Origin: Delftia acidovorans NBRC 14950
Lineage (GTDB): Bacteria; Pseudomonadota; Gammaproteobacteria; Burkholderiales; Burkholderiaceae_C
Direction of reading: 5' to 3'
DNA length: 32,000 nucleotides
Assembly: GCF_001598795.1 (NCBI RefSeq)
Contig: NZ_BCZP01000008.1
Location: 270,001-302,000 of the forward strand
Shown here piece by piece: positions 17,477 through 26,649 of the stretch. A program made the position numbers and the translations under genes. Below the pieces are notes generated by a model, which was not told the DNA's origin, made no database searches, and saw only the letters and a program-made list of their open reading frames with translations. How positions within the stretch are numbered: position 1 is the first letter of the stretch; each line of letters begins with the position of its first letter.

Positions 17477-17502
17477 ATTCTAAATGAGACTTTTTCTCAT
17501 TT
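17477..17502 (-). promoter_or_regulatory. Candidate Fur operator overlapping a sigma-70 -10 (TAGAAT) of the ECF sigma gene
   Basis: AAATGAGA-N5-TCTCATTT, perfect 8-bp arms (17482-17489/17495-17502), in an AT-rich patch. On the minus strand it abuts TAGAAT (17482-17477), about 60 nt upstream of the sigma ATG. The AATGA/TCATT cores resemble Fur half-sites, but they sit 6 bp further apart than in the canonical 19-mer. Confidence 0.45.
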
Positions 17503-17543
17503 GCTGCCGAATGCCCACGCGCTCTCAGCCCTGTCTGGCACCG

Positions 17544-20072
<2,529 letters not shown>

Positions 20073-20096
20073 GATGAAGGTGCTCCATCGGAAGTT

Positions 20097-20993
20097 TCAG
20101 GGCGCGACGATGGCGGTCAGGCCGTTGTGGCGCGCGGCCCTGGCCAGGCGGCCGTCGCGCTTGATGTCCGAGACGAACTGGTTCAGGCGCGCCAGCCACT
20201 GGGCGTCGGCAGGGCTGGCCGCATAGCCGTAGGGCAGCACATGGAAGGGCTTGGGCGGCGCGATCAGCTGCATCCAGTCCGAGCTGTCCAGCAGCTTGCG
20301 GCTGTACGGGTAGTCGGTCATGAACACGTCCACGCGCCCGGCCATGAGTTCCTTTTCGCGGGTTTGCGGCGGCTCCACCAGCACCAGGTGCGCATGCCTG
20401 AGCGACTCGCGCATGACCGGCTCCATGAAGGTGCCGCGCTGCACGGCCACCTGCACGCCGGGCTGGTCGATGTCGGCCCAGCTGCGCACGGCGGGGTTGC
20501 TCTTGGTGGTGATGCCGTAGATATCGCTGCTCAGGTAGGGCTGGGTGAAGCGCAGCTGCTGCTGGCGCTGCGGCAGGATGCCGACGGCGAACATGGCCAC
20601 GTCGCAGCGCGACTCCAGCAGGTCGGGCACCAGCCGCGAGAAGGACGAGTCCACATGCTGCAGCCGCGCGCCCAGGTCCTTGGCCAGCTCTGCCGAGAGC
20701 TCCGCGTCGATGCCCGTGAGCCTGCCCGTGCGTGCGTCACGGTAGGTGATGCCGTAGTAGTCGGGCCAGATGCAGACCTTCAGCGTGTGGCTGCTGGCCA
20801 CGCGGTCCAGCACCTCGCCGGCCCGTGCTGCGCCAGGCCCCATGGCCAGCACCGCCACCCAGACCGGCACCAGTGCCAGCAGCAGCGCCTGTACAACGGG
20901 CAACACAACGGCCCGCACCAGCGCGGACAGGCGCGCGGCGTTCCCGGACGGTATCTGCCATCGGCCCGCGGCGGCCTGCGTGTGCATCGTCAT
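20097..20993 (-). CDS. Membrane-anchored periplasmic solute-binding protein, family 3 (SBP_bac_3/VFT-like), kinase-associated
   Basis: 298 aa from the ATG at 20993, which shares one nt with the REC gene TGA. N-terminal anchor VVLPVVQALLLALVPVWVAVLAM; SBP_bac_3-like LKVCIWPDYYGITYRDARTGRLTGIDAELSAELAKDLG ... RCDVAMFAVGILPQRQQQLRFTQPY. Ends 24 nt before the kinase ATG. Confidence 0.85.
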   Translation of the reverse strand: MTMHTQAAAGRWQIPSGNAARLSALVRAVVLPVVQALLLALVPVWVAVLAMGPGAARAGEVLDRVASSHTLKVCIWPDYYGITYRDARTGRLTGIDAELSAELAKDLGARLQHVDSSFSRLVPDLLESRCDVAMFAVGILPQRQQQLRFTQPYLSSDIYGITTKSNPAVRSWADIDQPGVQVAVQRGTFMEPVMRESLRHAHLVLVEPPQTREKELMAGRVDVFMTDYPYSRKLLDSSDWMQLIAPPKPFHVLPYGYAASPADAQWLARLNQFVSDIKRDGRLARAARHNGLTAIVAP

Positions 20994-21364
20994 CAGTCGC
21001 TCCTGTAAAGACTGGCCAGGGTCTCCAGCAGCCGGTTCGGGCTGAAGGGCTTGAGCAGGTATTCGTCGGCACCGGCATTGAAACCCGCCTCGCGGTCCTG
21101 CGCACTGCCCCGGGCCGTCAGCAGGATCACCCGCGTGTGCCGCAGGTCGTAGGAGGTCTTGATGCGGCAGCACACCTCCAGGCCGTCCAGCGTCCCCGGC
21201 ATCATCATGTCCAGCAGCACGACATCGGGCTGGCTGCGCTGGGCCAGGGCCCAGGCTTCGTCACCGGTCGGCGCCTCCATGACTTCGTATGCGCTGGACT
21301 CCAGCGTCATGCGCAACAGCTTGCGGATGTCGGCTTGGTCTTCGGCGATCAGTATCTTCTTCAT
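20993..21364 (-). CDS. Single-domain (CheY-like) response regulator
   Basis: 123 aa. KILIAEDQ acidic pocket, phospho-acceptor in VVLLDMMMPG, LLTARG, LLKPF. GAAAGG SD upstream. Confidence 0.9.
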   Translation of the reverse strand: MKKILIAEDQADIRKLLRMTLESSAYEVMEAPTGDEAWALAQRSQPDVVLLDMMMPGTLDGLEVCCRIKTSYDLRHTRVILLTARGSAQDREAGFNAGADEYLLKPFSPNRLLETLASLYRSD

Positions 21365-21377
21365 GGCGGGCCTTTCG

Positions 21378-21464
21378 CAACGCAGTTGAAGGGTTCTGCG
21401 TTGGATTGAATCATAAATATCAAATTCATCAAATTTGTATTGTTTTTTTTAATCGTATTTGATG
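21378..21464. promoter_or_regulatory. Divergent control region: 8-bp stem hairpin plus three ATCAAAT heptads in an extremely AT-rich spacer
   Basis: CAACGCAG (21378-21385) pairs with CTGCGTTG (21396-21403). ATCAAAT sits at 21419-21425 and 21428-21434 (direct) and ATTTGAT at 21457-21463 (inverted). This includes the 8-bp inverted repeat CATCAAAT-N22-ATTTGATG, with a T8 run between the arms. Confidence 0.4.
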
Positions 21465-21477
21465 CAAAATTGCTGCC

Positions 21478-22116
21478 ATGTCCGAGAACAGCACCCCACC
21501 AGGCCAAATTCCGCACTACACGACCGCTGAGGTGGCCAAGCTGCTGGGCATGGCGGTGCGGTCGGTTCAGCTCATGGTCGATCGCGGCGATCTGGAGGCC
21601 TGGAAGACCCCCGGGGGGCACCGGCGCATCACGCGCGCCTCCGTGGAGCGCTGGCGCGGCAGGCAGGGTGATGCGGCCACCACGTCCGGGGCGCCAGCGG
21701 CGGCCCCGGCGCCCGCTCCCGCGCAGGCCGGCACGGGCCCGCGCGTGCTGCTGATCGAGGACTCCGTGCACTTCCAGAACCTGGTGCGCCTGCTGGTGCA
21801 GCGCCACTTTCCCGACGTGCAGCTGCACGTGGCGCACGACGGGATCACCGGCATGGCGCTGTACGGGCAGATCCAGCCCGACGTGCTGCTGGTGGACATC
21901 CTGCTGCCCGACATCGACGGCGCCGCCCTCATCACCACCTTGCGCACGCATGAGCAGTTCGCGCGCTGCAAGCTGCTGGTGGTCACCTCGCTGGATGCGG
22001 CAGAGCGCGAGGCCTACGCCTTTGCGCTGGGCGGCGCGCGCGTGATCCACAAACCCCAGCTCGTGCAGGAGCTGCCCGAGGCGCTGGGCGAGCTGCTGGG
22101 CAGGCAGGCAGCGTGA
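21478..22116 (+). CDS. Response regulator with N-terminal excisionase/MerR-like HTH (HTH_17 type) and C-terminal receiver
   Basis: 212 aa. YTTAEVAKLLGMAVRSVQLMVDRGDLEAWKTPGGHRRITRASVERW resembles the excisionase-family HTH. A Pro/Ala linker follows. The receiver has RVLLIEDS, LLVDILLPDIDG (Asp140), LVVTSL and VIHKP. No obvious SD. Confidence 0.8.
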   Translation: MSENSTPPGQIPHYTTAEVAKLLGMAVRSVQLMVDRGDLEAWKTPGGHRRITRASVERWRGRQGDAATTSGAPAAAPAPAPAQAGTGPRVLLIEDSVHFQNLVRLLVQRHFPDVQLHVAHDGITGMALYGQIQPDVLLVDILLPDIDGAALITTLRTHEQFARCKLLVVTSLDAAEREAYAFALGGARVIHKPQLVQELPEALGELLGRQAA

Positions 22117-22928
22117 ATCCGGCCCATCCTGCGGTCCTGCTGGTGGAGGACGATGCCTCGATTGCGCGATTCGTCACGCTGGCGCTGGAGGGCATGCCCC
22201 TCACCCTGGTGTCCTGCGCAAGTGCGGAGCAGGCGCAGAGCCTGCTGCAGAGCCAGCCCTTTGCCCTGCTGATCACCGACCTGATGCTGCCCGGCGCCTC
22301 CGGGGTCGAGCTCATCGAATGGCTGCGCAGCTCCCCGCAGGCCGGCTGCAGCGCCGTGGTCTTCAGCGCCGGCGTGCGGGCCGACGTGGCGCTGCGGCTG
22401 GAGCAACTGCAGGTCTGGGGCGTGCTGCGCAAGCCCGTGTCGGTGGCGCAACTGGTGGACTGCGTGGAATCGGTGCTGGCGGCGCAACCGGTCGGCTCGC
22501 CCGCGCCAGCCAGCGTGCAAGCTGCCGGTGCAGATGTGCCGGTGGATATGCAGGCGGATATGCCTGCGGATATGCCGGCGGATATGCCGGCGGATGGCGG
22601 CCCGGCCGCCGTCTCCAGCTACTTCGGCGGCGATGCCGCCCTGTTCCACAGCTACCGCGCCAGCTGTCTTGCGCAGTTGCCCGACGATGTGGCGCGGGGC
22701 GAAAACCTGCTGGCCGCGCGCGACGCCGCGGCGCTGCGCCGGCTGGCGCACAACCTCAAAAGCGTGCTGCGCCTGCTGGGGCACGAGCAGGCCAGTGGCC
22801 TGGCGCAGACGCTGGAGCAGGCCTGCCTGGCGAGCGACTGGGCGGGCGCCACCGATGCCTGGCGGCAACTGGGCGCGGCCCTGCTGGGAATGCTGGACGG
22901 CGCGGGCCAGCGGCCCCGGCGCGGCTGA
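22113..22928 (+). CDS. Receiver-Hpt fusion protein (phosphorelay intermediate)
   Basis: 271 aa. GTG start overlaps the upstream stop (GTGA). The receiver has VLLVEDD, LLITDLMLPG (Asp56), VVFSAG and VLRKP. The C-terminal four-helix region carries the Hpt motif AHNLKSVLRLLG (His213, CAC at 22749-22751). The linker holds the DMPA repeat. Confidence 0.8.
   Translation: MNPAHPAVLLVEDDASIARFVTLALEGMPLTLVSCASAEQAQSLLQSQPFALLITDLMLPGASGVELIEWLRSSPQAGCSAVVFSAGVRADVALRLEQLQVWGVLRKPVSVAQLVDCVESVLAAQPVGSPAPASVQAAGADVPVDMQADMPADMPADMPADGGPAAVSSYFGGDAALFHSYRASCLAQLPDDVARGENLLAARDAAALRRLAHNLKSVLRLLGHEQASGLAQTLEQACLASDWAGATDAWRQLGAALLGMLDGAGQRPRRG
22533..22592 (+). repeat. In-frame 12-bp tandem repeat (about 5 copies) encoding DVPV-DMQA-DMPA-DMPA-DMPA
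   Basis: GATGTGCCGGTG / GATATGCAGGCG / GATATGCCTGCG / GATATGCCGGCG / GATATGCCGGCG, then GATGGCGGC. The last two units are identical. Lies in the REC-Hpt interdomain linker. Confidence 0.9.
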
Positions 22929-22958
22929 CACCGCGCCCGCCATTGCGCCATCCCGCCG

Positions 22959-23156
22959 TCATTGCGGCGGGCTGCGCCGCACCCAGCCGTGCCAGATTCC
23001 CGCCGCCGTGGGAATGGCCAGGCAGACGCCGGCCAGCATGTCGCCAAAGCCGCCGTCGCTGAACAGGGCCGAGACCAGGCCGATGGCCGTCAGCACGCCC
23101 AGCGCGATGGGCCAGCCCCAGAGGGCGAGAAAGCCCCGGTGTTGCGCGCCGCTCAT
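22959..23156 (-). CDS. Small 2-TM membrane protein (65 aa) translationally coupled to the PepSY-TM gene
   Basis: The ATG at 23156 overlaps the upstream TGA (ATGA). MSGAQHRGFLALWGWPIALGVLTAIGLVSALFSDGGFGDMLAGVCLAIPTAAGIWHGWVRRSPPQ has two hydrophobic helices. No family recognised. Confidence 0.5.
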   Translation of the reverse strand: MSGAQHRGFLALWGWPIALGVLTAIGLVSALFSDGGFGDMLAGVCLAIPTAAGIWHGWVRRSPPQ

Positions 23157-24295
23157 GCCGTGATCTCCTTGCCGCGCGGCGCGGGCTGCGGGGCCGGCAC
23201 GCTCTTGCCCTTTTTGACCCACAGGTACAGGCCCGTGCCCAGCACGATGATGCTGGCGATGTCCAGCAGCGCCCAGAGGATCTGCATGGCCCGCCCGCCG
23301 TAGTCGCCGAAGTGCAGCGGCTGGGACACCAGCAGCGCCGTCAGATACCAGGGCAGAGCGGGCGCGGCCGTGACCTGGGCGGTCTTGGCGTCCACCAGCA
23401 CGGGCAGGAACAGGCGCGAGGTCAGGGGCTCGTTGCCACGCAGGAAGAAGGTGTGGTGGTGCGGGCTGGAGAACGTGGTGCCGGGGAAGGCGATGAAGTA
23501 CAGCTTGGTGCCTGGCACCTGCTGCTGGGCGGCCTGCAGCGATTGCTGCAGCGAGGCGCGCTCCGCCACCGGCACCGTGTCCTGGCCCTGGTAGGGCGCC
23601 AGCACGCTGCTGAGCTGGTCATGCTGCCAGTACTTGATCAGCAGGTCGGCCCAGGTATTGATCATGCCGGTGGCGCCCACCACGAACAGCCACACCAGGG
23701 TGACGATGCCCAGCAGGTTGTGCAGGTCCAGCCACTTCAGGCGCGGCTGGCGCGTGCGGCGCACGGTGCCGAAATCGAGCTTGCGCATGAAGGGCGCGTA
23801 CAGCACCACGCCGCTGACGATGGCGATCAGCAGCAGCAGCCCCATGAAGCCCAGGAACAGCTTGCCCGGCAGCCCCGCGAACAGGTCCACGTGCAGCTTG
23901 AACATGACCCACATGAAACCCTGGTCGAAGCGCGGCTGGGCCAGCAGTTCGGCCGTGCGCGCATCGACCACCACGGAGCGGAAATCGTCCGTGGGCGCCG
24001 GCGTGGGCGTCATGGTGACGAACCAGAGGTCGTCGGTGTCGTCGGACTTGGAGACGAACTGCACCACGCGGTCCGGGTGCTGGGCGCGGGCCACCTCCAG
24101 CACCTTGTCCAGGCTGGCATGGGGCGTGCCCTGGGGCATGGGCGGGGCCTCCACCTCGGTGCCCAGCAGGTGGCCGATTTCGTGGTGGAAGATCAGCGGA
24201 AGGCCGGTCAGGCACAGCAGCAGCATGAAGACGGTGCAGACCAGGCTGCTCCATTTGTGCAACCAGGCCCAGGTCTTGATCGTGTGGCTTTGCAT
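23153..24295 (-). CDS. PepSY-associated TM helix protein (PiuB/FoxB-like putative ferric-siderophore reductase)
   Basis: 380 aa. N-terminus WAWLHKWSSLVCTVFMLLLCLTGLPLIFHHEIGHLLG, internal LHNLLGIVTLVWLFVVGATGM, C-terminal QPLHFGDYGGRAMQILWALLDIASIIVLGTGLYLW. Conserved His-containing TM helices typical of the PepSY_TM family. Downstream of a TonB receptor. Confidence 0.85.
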   Translation of the reverse strand: MQSHTIKTWAWLHKWSSLVCTVFMLLLCLTGLPLIFHHEIGHLLGTEVEAPPMPQGTPHASLDKVLEVARAQHPDRVVQFVSKSDDTDDLWFVTMTPTPAPTDDFRSVVVDARTAELLAQPRFDQGFMWVMFKLHVDLFAGLPGKLFLGFMGLLLLIAIVSGVVLYAPFMRKLDFGTVRRTRQPRLKWLDLHNLLGIVTLVWLFVVGATGMINTWADLLIKYWQHDQLSSVLAPYQGQDTVPVAERASLQQSLQAAQQQVPGTKLYFIAFPGTTFSSPHHHTFFLRGNEPLTSRLFLPVLVDAKTAQVTAAPALPWYLTALLVSQPLHFGDYGGRAMQILWALLDIASIIVLGTGLYLWVKKGKSVPAPQPAPRGKEITA

Positions 24296-24395
24296 GGGGT
24301 GTTTTTTTCTCTGACAGAAGGGGGCCTGGGGCCCCCGCCATCACCGCGCCCCCGGCGCCATGCCGGGGGCGGGGCGGTTTCCGGTGGCCGGGGGC

Positions 24396-26564
24396 TTAGA
24401 AGTCCACTTGTGCCGACAGCATCAGCGTGCGCGGCGCACCCGTGGTTGTGTAGCCGGCGGCAGTCACCCAGTAGCTCTTGTTGCTGACGTTCTCCAGGCT
24501 GGCGCGCAGCACCACCGGCTTGCCGGCCACATGGGTGCGCAGGCGTGCGCCCAGATCCAGGCGTGTCCAGCCGGGCATGCGCAGGATGTTGGCCGCGTCG
24601 TAGTACATGGACGAGGTGTGGATCACGCGGCCGTTCAGGCTCAGGCCCTCCACCCAGGGGGTATCCCAGTCCAGGCCCAGGTTGAAGGTGCGCTCGGGCA
24701 CGCCGTTGGCATCGTTGCCCTGGTTCACGCCGCCTGCCGTGCGCGAGAGCCTGGCGTTGTTGAAGGCCGCGCTGGCCAGCAGGCGCAGGCCCTTGTGGAT
24801 CTCGCCGTAGGCGGTCAGCTCCAGGCCGCGGTTGCGCGTCTCGCCGCCGAAGCTGTAGACATTGGTCACCGGGTCGGTCATGGAGCCCGGGCGCTGGATC
24901 TGGTAGAGCGCGGCCTGCGTGGTCATGCGGCCCCAGTCCACCTTCACGCCGACCTCGTACTGCTTGGACTTCTGCGGCGCGAACACCTGGCCGGCATTGG
25001 CCGTGTTGGGCCCGGCCGTGCCGCCTGCCGACAGGCCAGCCGTGTAGTTGGCGTAGACCGAGACATTGTTCTGCGGCTTGAACACCACGCCGGCCAGCGG
25101 CGTCACGGCGCTGGCCTTGTACAGCGTGGTGCCGCTGGCGTTCTTCTGGTCGATGGTCTGGTCGCGCAGGCCCACGGTCACCAGCACGCGGTCGCTGAAC
25201 AGCGCCATGGTGTCGGCCAGCGCCAGGCTGTGCTGCGTCAGCTCGGCATTCTTGGTGGGCGCGCCGCGCACGAAGTCGATGGCAGGCAGGGGCGAGGGGT
25301 TGTAGATGTTGGAGGGGACGGCTTTGGTGGTCAGCTGGTAGAAGTAGCCGCTCTCGCGGTCCATGTAGTTGGCCGCTGCCACCACGGTGTGGCCGATGGC
25401 GCCGGTCTTGAAGCGCGTGCGCAGGCCCACGTCGGCCGAGGTGGTCTTGTTGAACTCGTCGTAGAAGCCGTTGCGCACGGTGAAGTTGCCCAGCGAGTCG
25501 ATGCGCTGCACGGCCGTGGGAAAGCTCTGGTCACTGGACACATCGCTGTAGCCCACGCCGCCGTAGATGGAGGTGTTGGCGTTGATGTCGTATTCCACGC
25601 GCGAGATCACGGTCTTGGCCTTGTCCAGCAGCTCCGTGCCCGGGTTGAAGTTGGTGCGGCTTTCGGGCACGGCGGGCACCTGGGTGATGCCGGCCAGGAA
25701 GGCGCTTTGCGGGCGGAACTCCGTGGTCTTGCCGCTGGTGGTCAGCGCGTCCAGCGACCAGCGCAGGCCCTGGCCTTCGTAGTCCAGGCCCACCGATGCC
25801 AGGCCCAGGCGCTGGCGGCCGCCGTCGATGTTGCCTTCGCCATTGCGCCACACGCCGTTCACGCGCACGCCCCACTGGTTGTCTTCGCCAAAGCGGCGGC
25901 CCACGTCCAGGTGGGTGCCGAACTGGGCCTTGCCCATGTAGGTGGCGGTCAGGCGGTTCAGCGGCACGTCGCCCGCGCGCTTGGTCACCACGTTGATGCT
26001 GCCGCCGATGCTGCCGCTGGGACCCACGCCATTGGTCAGCGAGCCGGGGCCCTTGAGCACTTCCACGCGCTCGATCACCTCCAGCGGCAGGCGCGTGGAG
26101 GGCGACAGGCCGTACAGGCCGTTCACCGACACATCGCGCATGGACAGGGAAAAGCCCCGCACCTGGAAGTCATCGCCATAGCCGCCGCGCGCCTGCAGCG
26201 TGCGCACCGAGGCGTCGTTCATCACCACGTCGGCGATGGTCAGCGCCTGCTGGTTCTCGATCAGCTCCGAGGTGTAGTTGGTCGTGCTGAAGGGCACGTT
26301 CATCTGGTCGGTCTTGCCCAGAATGCCCAGGTCGCCGCCGCGCGCGATCTGGCCGCCGGCATAGGTCTTTTGCAGTCCGCCGATGGCCTCGGCCTGGTCG
26401 CTCACCGTCACCTCCTTGAGGGCCGGGCCCTCGGCCGTCTGGGCCGCCACGCCCACGGCGGCCAGGGCCAGGCCGGCGCCCAGGCATTGGCGGATCAGGC
26501 GCGTGAGGGGGTGGGGAGCGAAGCGGAAGTCCGCAGGAGTGCTGTGGTGCGTCATGGCAGTCAT
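24396..26564 (-). CDS. TonB-dependent siderophore receptor (no STN extension)
   Basis: About 722 aa. Signal LIRQCLGAGLALAAVGVAA, TonB-box-like LKEVTVS, plug motifs (GILGKTDQMNVPFSTTNYTSELIENQQA, VEVLKGPGS), barrel ending ...MLSAQVDF. The listed start at 26570 is TTG; first ATGs are at 26564 and 26555, and none has an SD. Confidence 0.9.
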   Translation of the reverse strand: MTAMTHHSTPADFRFAPHPLTRLIRQCLGAGLALAAVGVAAQTAEGPALKEVTVSDQAEAIGGLQKTYAGGQIARGGDLGILGKTDQMNVPFSTTNYTSELIENQQALTIADVVMNDASVRTLQARGGYGDDFQVRGFSLSMRDVSVNGLYGLSPSTRLPLEVIERVEVLKGPGSLTNGVGPSGSIGGSINVVTKRAGDVPLNRLTATYMGKAQFGTHLDVGRRFGEDNQWGVRVNGVWRNGEGNIDGGRQRLGLASVGLDYEGQGLRWSLDALTTSGKTTEFRPQSAFLAGITQVPAVPESRTNFNPGTELLDKAKTVISRVEYDINANTSIYGGVGYSDVSSDQSFPTAVQRIDSLGNFTVRNGFYDEFNKTTSADVGLRTRFKTGAIGHTVVAAANYMDRESGYFYQLTTKAVPSNIYNPSPLPAIDFVRGAPTKNAELTQHSLALADTMALFSDRVLVTVGLRDQTIDQKNASGTTLYKASAVTPLAGVVFKPQNNVSVYANYTAGLSAGGTAGPNTANAGQVFAPQKSKQYEVGVKVDWGRMTTQAALYQIQRPGSMTDPVTNVYSFGGETRNRGLELTAYGEIHKGLRLLASAAFNNARLSRTAGGVNQGNDANGVPERTFNLGLDWDTPWVEGLSLNGRVIHTSSMYYDAANILRMPGWTRLDLGARLRTHVAGKPVVLRASLENVSNKSYWVTAAGYTTTGAPRTLMLSAQVDF

Positions 26565-26649
26565 GTGCAAAGGTTGGAAAAAGCGGGAGGAAAAACCGTG
26601 AAGAAAGACCGGAAAAAAACCGGGAAAGGAGGGCAGGCCGGCCGTGGCC

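Noticed and set aside
17482-17502. The same palindrome read as the terminator of the kinase operon
   Set aside because: The stem is A/T-only apart from two G/C pairs, and no U-run follows it on the minus strand. Its position over a TAGAAT -10 of the sigma gene fits an operator better. A minor terminator role cannot be excluded.
22533-22592. Short tandem repeats considered as a CRISPR-like or minisatellite element
   Set aside because: The units are contiguous with no spacers, only 12 bp long, in frame and inside a CDS. This is a coding tandem repeat, not a CRISPR array.
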